Positions 13,917 through 24,951 of a stretch of DNA of 64,000 nt are shown here, one piece after another. This DNA comes from an uncultured Gemmatimonadaceae bacterium (GTDB lineage Bacteria; Gemmatimonadota; Gemmatimonadetes; Gemmatimonadales; Gemmatimonadaceae): assembly GCA_963751275.1 (NCBI GenBank), contig CAVVTZ010000011.1:374925-438924 (forward strand). The letters run 5' to 3'. The notes under the pieces were generated by a model that was given only the letters and a program-made list of their open reading frames with translations, ran no database searches and was not told the origin of the DNA. The number at the start of each line of letters is the position of its first letter. Within the stretch, counting starts at the first letter, position 1. The translations under genes and the position numbers were made by a program.

Positions 13917-14923
13917 AGCCAGCCTCCGGCGAGCGCTTCGCGCGCGTGGTACGTGATGACGATCTCCGCGCCCGCGCGCGCCATGGCGTGCAGGTTCTCG
14001 CGCACGACCGCTGCCTCGTCGAGCCAGCCGGCCCGCGCGGCGGCCTTCACCTGCGAGTATTCGCCGCTCACATTGTACGCCGCGAGCGGCAGGTCGGTCG
14101 CTTCGCGCACGGCGCGGATGATGTCGAGATAGGCCAGCGCCGGCTTCACCATGAGCATGTCCGCGCCCTCGCGCGCATCGAGCAGCGCCTCGCGCACCGC
14201 CTCCGCCGCATTGCGCGGATCCATCTGGTAGCTCCGGCGGTCGCCGTGCTGCGGCGCGCTGTCCGCGGCTTCGCGGAACGGGCCATAGTAGGCCGACGCG
14301 TATTTCACGGCGTACGAGAGGATCGCGGTGTTCACGAATCCGCGCTCGTCGAGCAGGTCGCGGATCGCACCGACGCGGCCGTCCATCATGTCGGATGGGG
14401 CCACGATGTCCGCCCCCGCTTCGGCGTGCGCCGCGGCCATCTCGGCGATCGGGCGAAGCGAAAGATCGTTGTCCACTTCGCCGTCGCGCAGCACGCCGCA
14501 GTGGCCGTGGTCCGTGTACGCGCACAGGCACACGTCGGTGACGATAACGATGTCCGAACCGAGCGCGTCCTTCAGCGCGCGGATCGCCCGCGGCACCGTG
14601 CCGTCGGGATCGCGCGACGCCGCGCCGTCGGCATCCTTCTCGCCGGGCGCCGGCGTGCCGAAGAGCAGCACCGTCCGCACGCCGAGCTTCCGGTCCGCCT
14701 CCACCGCGCGCACGAGCGGCTCGATCCCCAGCCGCGCGATCCCCGGCATGGACGCGATCGGCTCCTGGCCGCGCGCCGATGGGAGCACGAAGTGCGGCAT
14801 GATCAATTGATCCGCGCGCACGTGCGTCTCGGCGACGAGATCGCGGAGCGCGGGAGTGTGGCGGAGCCGGCGCGGGCGCGTGCGCCCGGGGCTGACGAGG
14901 GTCTCGGTCGTTTCGGTGATCAT
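13913..14923 (-). CDS. hemB: Porphobilinogen synthase (Zn-type)
   Basis: [43 protein letters not shown]. Confidence 0.97.
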   Translation of the reverse strand: MITETTETLVSPGRTRPRRLRHTPALRDLVAETHVRADQLIMPHFVLPSARGQEPIASMPGIARLGIEPLVRAVEADRKLGVRTVLLFGTPAPGEKDADGAASRDPDGTVPRAIRALKDALGSDIVIVTDVCLCAYTDHGHCGVLRDGEVDNDLSLRPIAEMAAAHAEAGADIVAPSDMMDGRVGAIRDLLDERGFVNTAILSYAVKYASAYYGPFREAADSAPQHGDRRSYQMDPRNAAEAVREALLDAREGADMLMVKPALAYLDIIRAVREATDLPLAAYNVSGEYSQVKAAARAGWLDEAAVVRENLHAMARAGAEIVITYHAREALAGGWL

Positions 14924-15654
14924 GGGAGCGCCTCCAACATGCCATCGAGATCGGGCCGCCGCGCCTCGGCGGACACCGGGAGTCCCACCGCCGCTGCGGC
15001 CGCCGACGTCGTGGGACCAATTGTGATGACGCGCGCGTCCGGCGGGAAGTGCGCGCGATTGACGAAGCCTTCGGCCGCCGACGGGCTGGCGAGCAGGATC
15101 GCGTCGATCCCTTCCGCGGCGAGATCGCGCTTGGGCCCATCGGCCGGCGCCGGGATCATCGCGTAGACGTTCACGCGCGTCACGGGGACGCCGGCCTCTT
15201 CGAGCGCGCGCTCGACGTCCGTCCGTCCGTACACGGCGCCCGCGACCACCACGCTCGCCTCGGTGGCCGCGCCGCCGAGCCGCTCGAGCAGCTCGTGCGC
15301 CAGACCCCGCGCATTGCTCTCCGTGGCGACCAAGTCCACGCGGCCCAGCGCCAGCGCGGCGGCGCGCGCGGTGACCGGGCCGACGACCGCGACGTGCAGC
15401 GCCCGCGGCAGGGTGCCGTCCACGATCGCGCCCACGGCCTCGGCCGCGCGCCGCGAGGCGAGCACCAGCCACGACGCGTTGGCGATCGCCGCGCGCAGCG
15501 CGCGGGCGGTGTCGGCGTCGTGCATCGTGGCGATCACCAGACACGGCATCACCACCGGGACCGCGCCGAGCTTCCGGAGCCGCGCGGCCCAGCGCTCGGC
15601 GTCCTCCGCCGCGCGCGTGACGAGGATCCGCCGCCCCGCGAGCGCGGGCGTCAT
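14920..15654 (-). CDS. hemD: Uroporphyrinogen-III synthase
   Basis: [26 protein letters not shown]; position after hemC. Confidence 0.9.
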   Translation of the reverse strand: MTPALAGRRILVTRAAEDAERWAARLRKLGAVPVVMPCLVIATMHDADTARALRAAIANASWLVLASRRAAEAVGAIVDGTLPRALHVAVVGPVTARAAALALGRVDLVATESNARGLAHELLERLGGAATEASVVVAGAVYGRTDVERALEEAGVPVTRVNVYAMIPAPADGPKRDLAAEGIDAILLASPSAAEGFVNRAHFPPDARVITIGPTTSAAAAAVGLPVSAEARRPDLDGMLEALP

Positions 15655-16568
15655 GCGATCACGGCGGCGGACAATGCACCCCACGCCAATGCCGCCAGCG
15701 CCTCGGGATCATCCCCCATCACGTCGGCGCGCGCGACCGAGCCATCCTCGCCACCAAGCATGGTGTAAAGATGCAACGTCGCACCGCCGGCGTCGCACCA
15801 TGCGCCAAAGGGGAGCGCGCAGCCGGCCTCGGCGAGACCAAGCAGCGCACGCTCGGCGCGCAGCGCGCGCGACGTGCGCGGGTCGTCCAGCGCGGCCACC
15901 GCAGCGAGAACGCCGCCGGCATCGCGCCGCACCTGCACCGCGATGGCGCCCTGCGCCGGCGCCGGCACGAAGCGCCGCGGATCGAGACGCGTGCGCGCGA
16001 TCTCCACCGGCACGAGCGCCGAGCCGCTCGCGCGATCCAGACGCTCGAGACCGGCTGCCGCGAGCAGGATCGCATCGAACTTGCCGTCCGTGAGCGCGCG
16101 AACGCGCGTAGGGACGTTGCCGCGCAACAGCGCGATCTCGAGGTCGGGGCGCGCCTCGGCCAGGAGTGCTTTGCGCCGCGCCGCCGACGTGCCCACCCGC
16201 GCACCCGCGCGGAGCGGGATCGCTCCGGCGGACGCGTTCGCCGCCTCGGGGCGCACGAGCAGCACGTCCGCGGCATCGAGCCGTTCCGGCACCGCGGCCA
16301 CCACCAGTCCGTCGGGGCTCTTCGACGGAAGGTCCTTGTACGAGTGCACGGCGACATCGGCGCGGCCGTCGAGCAGCGCCGCTTCGATCTCGCGCACGAA
16401 CACACCGAAGCTGCCGACGTCGGTGAACGCGCGGTCGGTGACCTGGTCGCCGATCGTGGAGATCACGATCGTCTCAGTGGTGTGCCCCGCGGCCTCGAGG
16501 CGGCGCGCGACATCCGCCGACTGCGCGCGCGCGAGCGCGGAACCGCGCGTGGCGATGCGCAGTCTCAT
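15651..16568 (-). CDS. hemC: Hydroxymethylbilane synthase
   Basis: IATRGSALA, AVHSYKDLP, GTSAARR, RGNVPTR, PAPAQGA. Confidence 0.96.
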   Translation of the reverse strand: MRLRIATRGSALARAQSADVARRLEAAGHTTETIVISTIGDQVTDRAFTDVGSFGVFVREIEAALLDGRADVAVHSYKDLPSKSPDGLVVAAVPERLDAADVLLVRPEAANASAGAIPLRAGARVGTSAARRKALLAEARPDLEIALLRGNVPTRVRALTDGKFDAILLAAAGLERLDRASGSALVPVEIARTRLDPRRFVPAPAQGAIAVQVRRDAGGVLAAVAALDDPRTSRALRAERALLGLAEAGCALPFGAWCDAGGATLHLYTMLGGEDGSVARADVMGDDPEALAALAWGALSAAVIA

Positions 16569-17910
16569 GATTCCTCCAATTCCTGCTCGATGAGCATCGC
16601 CACGCCGGACTCTCCGGCCGCGTCGTGCAGCTGCTTCGCGAGCTCCGGCTCGGTGTGCGACAGGAAGGCTTCGACCGCGGCGGGCCCCGCCTGGAAGACC
16701 AGGTCGCGCAGCCCCACGGACGGCACGTGCGCGAAGCGCCGCGCGAGCGTCTCCGCCCAGCGGCGCACGGCATCGCGTTCGGGCTCGCCGAGCGCCGCCA
16801 ACTCCTGCTTGAAGAGGCGCTCGACGCCCTCGATGGCGGTGTGACGGAAGCGCCGGTGCAGGTCGGCGATCATCGGTCCGATGAGCCGCTCCGCCATCTG
16901 GCGCCGGAGTTCGGTGAGCGACGTGTCCACGATCTCGCGCGCATCCGCGAACTCGCCGATCACGCGCTCGCGATCCTCGGCGGCGGAGAGGGAGATCTCA
17001 TCCATGCCGACGCGCGGGACGTCGGCGGCGATCGCGTCCTCGGGGGTGACGTTGGGCGGGATCGCGAGATCGATGATGAGCGGGCTCTGCGCCGACGGCG
17101 TGCGCGCCGCGATGCGCTCGAGGTCGGCGCGCGCGAACACGGGCTCCTTCGCGCCGGTGGCGACGATCACCACTTCCACGCCGTCGGGCGACTCGCGGAA
17201 CGCAGTCGAGCGAGCGCGCCTCACCCTGCACCGCGCTCGCGAGCGACTGCGCGCGCTCGAGCGTGCGGTTCACGATGACGACGCCGGTGCCGGCCGCCGC
17301 GAGCTCGCGCGCGCACTGCTCGGTCATCGGCGACACGCCTACGAGCGCGACGCGGCCCGGCGTGCGTGCCAGGCGCTCGCGGGCATACCGCACCGCGACC
17401 TGCGCGAGCGATACGCGGCCGATCCGTCCTTCCGTCACGGGCCGCACCTTCTTCGCCACCCGCAGCGCCTCGGTGAAGAGCGCATCGAGGTGCGGTCCGA
17501 GCAGCGCGAGCTGCCGGGACCCTTCCACCGCCTCGCGCACCTGGCCCACGATCTCGCTCTCTCCCACGCGCGCCGACTCGAGGCCGGCGGCGACGAGGAA
17601 GAGATGCTCGGCCGCGCCTTCGCCCTGCCACGCGCGCAGCGTGTGCTCGGCCTCGCCGGCGCGCGGCTCGCGGCCCGTGAGTTCGGCGAAGATGCGCCGG
17701 CGCAGCACGGGGCAGCGGCGTATGGCCGTCGGAGGAGAACACCACCTCCACGCGATTGCACGTCGCGAGGTAGACCAGCTCCGGCACGCCGATCACCGCG
17801 GCGAGCCGCGGGACGCACTCGGCGCGCTCGCCCTTGGCGATCGTGAAGGACGCGATCGTATCCGCGGTCCCGTGTCTCCAGGAAATGCCGACGACGCCGA
17901 TGCGGTGCAT
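16565..17910 (-). CDS. hemA: Glutamyl-tRNA reductase (frameshifts ~17710 and ~17210)
   Basis: YLATCNRVE catalytic Cys motif, GESEIVGQV, VNRT, IDLAIP; first gene of hem operon. Confidence 0.9.
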
Positions 17911-17985
17911 GTGCGCTCCCGGTTCCGAATGATCACGCCGCGTGGATCACGCGACACGGGGGATGCTATCCATGCGCGCAAGGCG

Positions 17986-18007
17986 TGTGTCACAGGAATG
18001 TCATCGC
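17986..18007 (-). promoter_or_regulatory. Candidate OmpR-family tandem operator upstream of hemA
   Basis: TGTGTCACAGGAATGTCATCGC; TGTCA repeated at 11-bp spacing; 19/22 identical to 19027-19048; TAGCAT -10 at 17968-17963. Confidence 0.65.
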
Positions 18008-18038
18008 CCGTCGGGGAATCCCGGGCGCACGGGCATGA

Positions 18039-18995
18039 TCAGCCTCGGGCCAGATTCGCGAGAGACGCGATGAACTCCGGGCGGTCCTCGACGGCGGCCA
18101 CGCGAAGTAGGGATTCTCCCCCGGCCTCCGTAAAGGATTCCCTGCCACGAATCCCGATCTCTTCGATGGTCTCGAGGCCATCGGTGAGGAATCCGGGGGT
18201 GATCACGGCCACGCGGCGCACTCCGCGGCGCGGCAATTCCTCGAGCACCGTGGCCGTCGCGGGGGTGAGCCACGGCTCGGGACCGAATTTCGACTGGTAC
18301 GCGTGCGTCGCACGATCCGCCGGCCACTCGAGCGCGGCGAGCAGCGCGCGCGTGGTCGCTTCACAGTCGGTGGTGTAGGTGCGGCGTTCGCGGCGATCGT
18401 AGCGCACGGGGATGCCGTGGTACGAGAGCACGAGATGGTCGGGTGGCGCGTCCGCACGCGCGAGTGTCTCGCGCCAGACGGCGGTCATCGCGCGCACGTA
18501 TCCGCCTTCATCCGCGGGAATGACGCGCTCCACCACGCGCGATGCGATGCCCGCGCGCGCGGCGGCTTCCCGCGCGCGCTGGAACGCGGTGCCCGTCGTC
18601 GCGTCGGTCCGGTGCGGGAAGAGCGGGACCACGACGATGGGGCCGGTGGTCTCGCGCGCGAGCCGCGTCATTTCGCGGTCGAGCGACGGTTCACCATAGC
18701 GGTAGGCCGCGCTCACCGTGAAGCGGCCGTCCGCGATCGCGCGCACGGCCGCGACCATGTTCTCCGTTCCCACGCGCAGCGGCGAGCCACCCGCCTGCCA
18801 GATCGAGGCATACTGCTCGGCGACGCGCGCCGGCCGGCTGCGCAGGACCATCGTGCGCAGGATCGGCTGCCAGAGCCAGCGCGGCAGATCGACCACCGAG
18901 GGGTCGCTCAGGAACTCGTCGAGGAACTCGCGCACCGCCTCGGCCGTGGGCGCGGTGGGCGTGCCGAGGTTCACCAGCAATAGGTGTGGCGTCAT
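18039..18995 (-). CDS. hemH: Ferrochelatase
   Basis: LLVNLGTP, FLSDP, GGSPL, SYHGIP, YQSKFGPEPWLTP, DGLETIEE. Confidence 0.95.
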   Translation of the reverse strand: MTPHLLLVNLGTPTAPTAEAVREFLDEFLSDPSVVDLPRWLWQPILRTMVLRSRPARVAEQYASIWQAGGSPLRVGTENMVAAVRAIADGRFTVSAAYRYGEPSLDREMTRLARETTGPIVVVPLFPHRTDATTGTAFQRAREAAARAGIASRVVERVIPADEGGYVRAMTAVWRETLARADAPPDHLVLSYHGIPVRYDRRERRTYTTDCEATTRALLAALEWPADRATHAYQSKFGPEPWLTPATATVLEELPRRGVRRVAVITPGFLTDGLETIEEIGIRGRESFTEAGGESLLRVAAVEDRPEFIASLANLARG

Positions 18996-19026
18996 ACCGT
19001 GACGATAAGGGGGACCGGCGGCACGC

Positions 19027-19048
19027 TGTGTCACAGTCCTGTCATCGC
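19027..19048 (-). promoter_or_regulatory. Candidate OmpR-family tandem operator upstream of hemH
   Basis: TGTGTCACAGTCCTGTCATCGC; matches hemA box; TATCGT -10 at 19007-19002. Confidence 0.65.
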
Positions 19049-19863
19049 GCCGCTCCCTCGAACTGCGCGGTGTACGCCCGCACCCGCTCGAGATAGTCGC
19101 GCGCCTCGGTGCTGTCCCCGCCGAGTTCGGCCAGATGGTCCGTCCACGCGGCTCCGTGCTTCTTCACGAGATCGTGCACGCGGATGTAGCCGCGGTTGTA
19201 GCACACCGTGACGAGATCGATGAGCTGCGACTCGGTGAGCGGCGCACCGCCGTTGATCCGCTTCCGGGCGAACGAGCCGTAGCCCCCGGGCCAGAAATCG
19301 GTGGACCATTTGTTCTCGAGCAGCCGGATCCAGAAGACCGCGGCGCGCGCGGCGTGATCAGGGGCGAAGAGATACTCGTTTCGCGACGTGACCGCACCGG
19401 CGCGCAGCAACGAATCGATGGCCGTGGCCGTGGGCGAACCCGCGTGCACGAGTGGCGACCGCGGCCACGCGGTGACCTCGGGCGCCATCCAATGGAAGTG
19501 ATACTCCGTGACCATGAGCCGGAGGTCGGCATCGGTGCGCGCCGTGAGTTGCGCGATCCCGAGCGCCGGCGCCGCCGAGACCGCGAGTGTGTCACCGGCG
19601 CTCTCCTTCACGAGGAGGGCGATGACGTAGCCGGGATCGATGCCGAGCCGCGGATCGCGCCCCCATCGCTCCACGAGCGGCGCGATGCGGCGCATGACGA
19701 ACTCGTAGTTCCCCGCACTCGCGATGCGCAGGCTGCCGTTCGCATTGCGCACGGAGTCGCGCGGCACCGCCGCCACGCGCGACGCCGAGTCGGCATGGAA
19801 GCGCAGTCCTTGCGCGGACAAGGACGTCGGAACCAGGAGGGATACGAGCAGCAGAACACGCAT
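19042..19863 (-). CDS. Secreted SLT-like lytic transglycosylase
   Basis: Signal peptide; KES..AVS...ALGIAQL and CYNRG resemble SLT motifs I-III. Confidence 0.7.
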   Translation of the reverse strand: MRVLLLVSLLVPTSLSAQGLRFHADSASRVAAVPRDSVRNANGSLRIASAGNYEFVMRRIAPLVERWGRDPRLGIDPGYVIALLVKESAGDTLAVSAAPALGIAQLTARTDADLRLMVTEYHFHWMAPEVTAWPRSPLVHAGSPTATAIDSLLRAGAVTSRNEYLFAPDHAARAAVFWIRLLENKWSTDFWPGGYGSFARKRINGGAPLTESQLIDLVTVCYNRGYIRVHDLVKKHGAAWTDHLAELGGDSTEARDYLERVRAYTAQFEGAAR

Positions 19864-19888
19864 CGTGCACTCAATCTATCAGTGTGGT

Positions 19889-19978
19889 CATCATGCAAAT
19901 CATGTGCATCCTGTCAAAAGGCCGTTGCAGGTCTGGCCCAAGAACTGCTTTGACAGGATGAGCATGATCAACAAGATG
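19889..19978. repeat. Palindromic element A (3x 9-mer arms)
   Basis: catcatgca-aatcatgtg-catcctgtc / gacaggatg-agcatgatc-aacaagatg; perfect 12-bp IR core CATCCTGTCAAA; homologous to 57111-57197. Confidence 0.8.
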
Positions 19979-19986
19979 GGTACAAT

Positions 19987-20018
19987 GAAGCGGGCCCGGC
20001 TTTCGCCGGGCCCGCTTC
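19987..20018 (-). terminator. Hairpin terminator after groEL
   Basis: Perfect 14-bp stem GAAGCGGGCCCGGC with GAAA loop on minus strand. Confidence 0.75.
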
Positions 20019-20059
20019 GGCCGTATCTAACGTCCAACGCCCAACGTCTGGGAGTTGGT

Positions 20060-21724
<1,665 letters not shown>

Positions 21725-21738
21725 TTAGTTGGTGCGGA

Positions 21739-22044
21739 TCAAACGATCGCGAGGACGTCGCTCTCGCGCAGGATCAGATACTGCTCGTTGTCGAGGGTGA
21801 CCTCGGTGCCGCTGTACTTCCCGTAGAGCACCTTGTCGCCGACCTTGACCTCCATCGGCACGCGCTTGTCCTTCTCATAGCGGCCGGGACCGGCGGCGAC
21901 GATCTCGCCGACCTGCGGCTTCTCCTTGGCGGTATCGGGGATGTAGAGTCCGCCGCGCATCGACTCGGCTTCCTCCATTGGCCGTACCACAACACGATCT
22001 GCGAGCGGATTGACCTTCACCGCATGCGCGCTCTTCGTGGCCAT
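21739..22044 (-). CDS. groS: Co-chaperonin GroES
   Basis: [29 protein letters not shown]. Confidence 0.99.
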   Translation of the reverse strand: MATKSAHAVKVNPLADRVVVRPMEEAESMRGGLYIPDTAKEKPQVGEIVAAGPGRYEKDKRVPMEVKVGDKVLYGKYSGTEVTLDNEQYLILRESDVLAIV

Positions 22045-22104
22045 ATCGCTGGTCCTCCTCCGTATGGGTTCAACAGGAAGTGATAGATATAGTAGTGCGC
22101 CTTC

Positions 22105-22131
22105 TTAGCACTCACCTGCCCTGAGTGCTAG
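22105..22131. promoter_or_regulatory. CIRCE element (HrcA operator)
   Basis: TTAGCACTC-N9-GAGTGCTAG upstream of groES; minus-strand promoter TTGCGA-17-TAGATT at 22166-22138. Confidence 0.93.
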
Positions 22132-22311
22132 CACCTCAATCTATCGGATCGCGAAGCGCATCGCAACACTCGATCCGGTAACGAGCGACATGTGTGAAGT
22201 CACGGGAATGTGACGCCGTAACTAATTGTTATATAAGTTGTTGCAGTTATCAACAAATTCTGCACTCGACCGGGCGAAAGGGACTTATGCGCCACGCGGG
22301 GCAAGCCGCGC

Positions 22312-22425
22312 CATCCGCGCCCTCCGCGTGATCCGCGTGCAAGCAGTTGCACTTCTGGCGGAGTGCCGAGATCACCACAACTGCTTCCACGCGGATCACG
22401 CGGAATAGCGCTGAACACGCGGATC
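22312..22425. repeat. Palindromic element C (9-mer arms, ATCCGCGT type)
   Basis: catccgcgc-cctccgcgt-gatccgcgt-gcaagcagttg ... caactgcttcc-acgcggatc-acgcggaat...acgcggatc. Confidence 0.8.
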
Positions 22426-22494
22426 GGCCCGCGATGCGAATTGGCGCCACAAGGCGCGGCAAGTTTCGATTTCTTGGCTAACTGCGAACCACCG

Positions 22495-23403
22495 TCAGAT
22501 CGCGAACGCGGCAATGACGGCGATATCGGTGATCGCCCAGGCGACGAGGGCGGCGTACATGCCCTTCTGATGCTCGGCGGGGGTCATGCGCTGGTGCGCG
22601 GCGAGCCAAGGGAACAGCACGGCGCTCCATGACGCGGCGGCGATCGCGAGGCCGAGCCACTGCCACAACGCGATGTGCGTTTGGGCGGCGGCCCAGGTCA
22701 GCATCGCGAAGGCGACCACGGCCGCGCCGGCGGCGACGATGAGGCTGCCGCGCATGCCGAGCATCAAGGCGAGTGTCCGGTCGCCTCGGCGCGTGTCCTC
22801 ATCGAACTGATATAGCTGCGTGAGCGGATAGAGCGACGCAAAGAGCGCGCAGAAACTCCACAGCACCACCGCCATCACGCCGGGCAGCGGGCGGCCGGTG
22901 ATCGCCCAGCCCGCGTACGGCGTGAGCGTGCCGAAGCCGATCATGTTGATCAGCCAGTCGGCGCCGGCCACCGCCTTCAATCGAACCGGGGGCACCGAAT
23001 ACACGAGCGACATCACGAAGCACGCCGCGTACGCGAGCGCGAAACCCACCGGCAGCGCGAAGGCGAGCACCTGCCCCGCCGCCATCATCGCCAGCGCGAA
23101 GGGCGCGAGCCGCGCCGGGGCCGGCGGCGGCGCATCGAGATAGCCGATGTCCCCTTCGTCCTTGTCGAAGGCGCTGTTGATCGCGAGCGTGCCGCCATTC
23201 CCCAGGATCACCCAGATGAGCAGCCCGGCGATGAGCGAGCCGAGTTGCTCGCCATGGAGCACGCCGCTCACGCCCACCGCCAGAATGAATCCCAGCGCCG
23301 TGTGCGCGGCCATGATCGGCCACTCGGCAGGGCGCAAATGCAGCACATAGCTGAACGCGTCGCCCGGCAGCAGGCGGTAGCCCAGATCGCGCACCCGCTT
23401 CAC
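22495..23403 (-). CDS. UbiA-superfamily prenyltransferase, unknown substrate
   Basis: Multi-TM; NSAFDKDEGD and YPLTQLYQFDED..RGDRT Asp-rich motifs. Confidence 0.8.
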   Translation of the reverse strand: MKRVRDLGYRLLPGDAFSYVLHLRPAEWPIMAAHTALGFILAVGVSGVLHGEQLGSLIAGLLIWVILGNGGTLAINSAFDKDEGDIGYLDAPPPAPARLAPFALAMMAAGQVLAFALPVGFALAYAACFVMSLVYSVPPVRLKAVAGADWLINMIGFGTLTPYAGWAITGRPLPGVMAVVLWSFCALFASLYPLTQLYQFDEDTRRGDRTLALMLGMRGSLIVAAGAAVVAFAMLTWAAAQTHIALWQWLGLAIAAASWSAVLFPWLAAHQRMTPAEHQKGMYAALVAWAITDIAVIAAFAI

Positions 23404-24185
23404 GCGCGCGTACCGCCTTCGAGCAGCGTGTACGCGATCTGCAGGCCGTACAGCGTGAGGAACGGCTCCACGACTTCGATCTGCTCCGAGAGCGGCGCGA
23501 TCACCTCGGCGAGTCCACCGGTGGCGACCACCTTCGGGACGCGCCCGCCCGGCCACTCCTTCTTCAGGCGGCGCACGAGGCCGTCGATCATCTCCGCGGT
23601 GCCGAGCATCACACCGGCACGAATACACTCCTCCGTGCGGCGGCCGAGCGCGCGCTTGGGCGGCACGAGTTCCGTGGCCGGGAGCTTCGAGGTGCGGCGG
23701 ATGAGCGTGTCCGCCGATGTGCGCAGACCAGGCGCGATGATCCCGCCGAGGAAGACGCCCTCGGCGGTGATGCAGTCGTAGGTCGTGGCAGTGCCCAGGT
23801 CAACGACAATGGTGTCGGTCTTGTAGAGGCGGCTCGCCGCGAGCGTGTTGATGAGGCGGTCCGCACCCACGGTGGCGGGCTCCTCCACGTCGAGCACGAT
23901 CGGGAGCCCCGACGAGGCGTCGACGATCCGCGGCGATGTGCCGAAGAGCGCGCGACAACCGTCGGCCAGCGGCCCGGTGACGGCGGGCACCACCGAGCCG
24001 ATCGCCGAGCCCGTGATCGCGGCGCGCTTCACGTCGCGGTAGCGCAGCAGTCCATCGAGCATCATCGCGCATTCATCGGGCGTGCGCGACGCATCGGTGT
24101 TGGTGCGCCAATGCGCCTCCAGGCGCGCGCCATCGAAGAGACCGATGGTGGTCTCGGTGTTGCCCACATCGAAGACGAGTATCAC
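23400..24185 (-). CDS. coaX: Type III pantothenate kinase
   Basis: FDVGNT, SVVP, VGADR, VDLGTATT, GGIIAPG, ATGG. Confidence 0.95.
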   Translation of the reverse strand: MILVFDVGNTETTIGLFDGARLEAHWRTNTDASRTPDECAMMLDGLLRYRDVKRAAITGSAIGSVVPAVTGPLADGCRALFGTSPRIVDASSGLPIVLDVEEPATVGADRLINTLAASRLYKTDTIVVDLGTATTYDCITAEGVFLGGIIAPGLRTSADTLIRRTSKLPATELVPPKRALGRRTEECIRAGVMLGTAEMIDGLVRRLKKEWPGGRVPKVVATGGLAEVIAPLSEQIEVVEPFLTLYGLQIAYTLLEGGTRA

Positions 24186-24941
24186 GCTGTTCCCTCCGCA
24201 AGGACGAGCGATCCGCTGCGGCACGCGGTGGTGCCGGCCGCGGTGGTGATGAGGAGCGCGCCGTTGGCATCGATCCCCGCCACCGAACCGACGGCCGGCT
24301 CGGTGCACTGACGTCCGCGCGCGAGGTCGCGTGCCGCGAATTCGGTGAGTTCCTTCGGCGAGAGCGGTCCCGTGGCCGCGGCGGCCGCGCGCAGCGCGGG
24401 AATGAGCTCCGCGAGCACTTCCACGCGCGACGTGCCGCCGCGGAGCGCGGCGGCCGGCAGCGCGCGCGGCGCCAGGAGATTGATGCCGATCCCGATGGCG
24501 ACCCACTCGAGCTTCTCCTCGCGCCAGCGCGCTTCCACGAGCACGCCGGCGAGCTTCTCGCCGCCCACGTACAGATCGTTGGGCCACTTGAGCTGCACCG
24601 GCGATGTGGTGAACCGGTCGAGCACGCGCGCGGCCTTGAGGCCCGACGCGCAGTGACAGGAGCTCGATCGCCTTCGGGTCGCGCGGGCGCTCGAGCAGCG
24701 TCACCAGGATCCCGGCGCCGGCGGCCGAGGTCCAGGTGCGGCCGCCGCGTCCGCGCCCGGCTGTCTGTTCCTCCGCGAGGATCAGGGTCCCCGCGGGCGC
24801 GCCGGATTCCGCGATCGCGTGCGCGACATCGAGGGTGGACGTCACCGAGTCGTAGACCTCCACGCGCGGCAGATCGAGCAGCTGCATGAGCGAGGCGCCC
24901 GCGCGGCCGTCGTAGGTGTCATTCGCGCCGACGCGCGACAT
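24182..24941 (-). CDS. birA: Biotin-protein ligase without HTH (frameshift ~24630)
   Basis: QTAGRGRGGRTW, LKWPNDL, KLAGVLVE, GIGIN. Confidence 0.93.
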
Positions 24942-24951
24942 GCCGCGCTGA

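Noticed and set aside
22199..22214. GTCACGGGAATGTGAC resembles the hemA box (13/16)
   Set aside because: It is an inverted rather than direct repeat and lacks the flanks shared by the two hem boxes; may be chance
22217..22295. AT-rich tract with TTATGCGC, possible dif site or origin
   Set aside because: No XerD arm at correct spacing and no DnaA boxes seen
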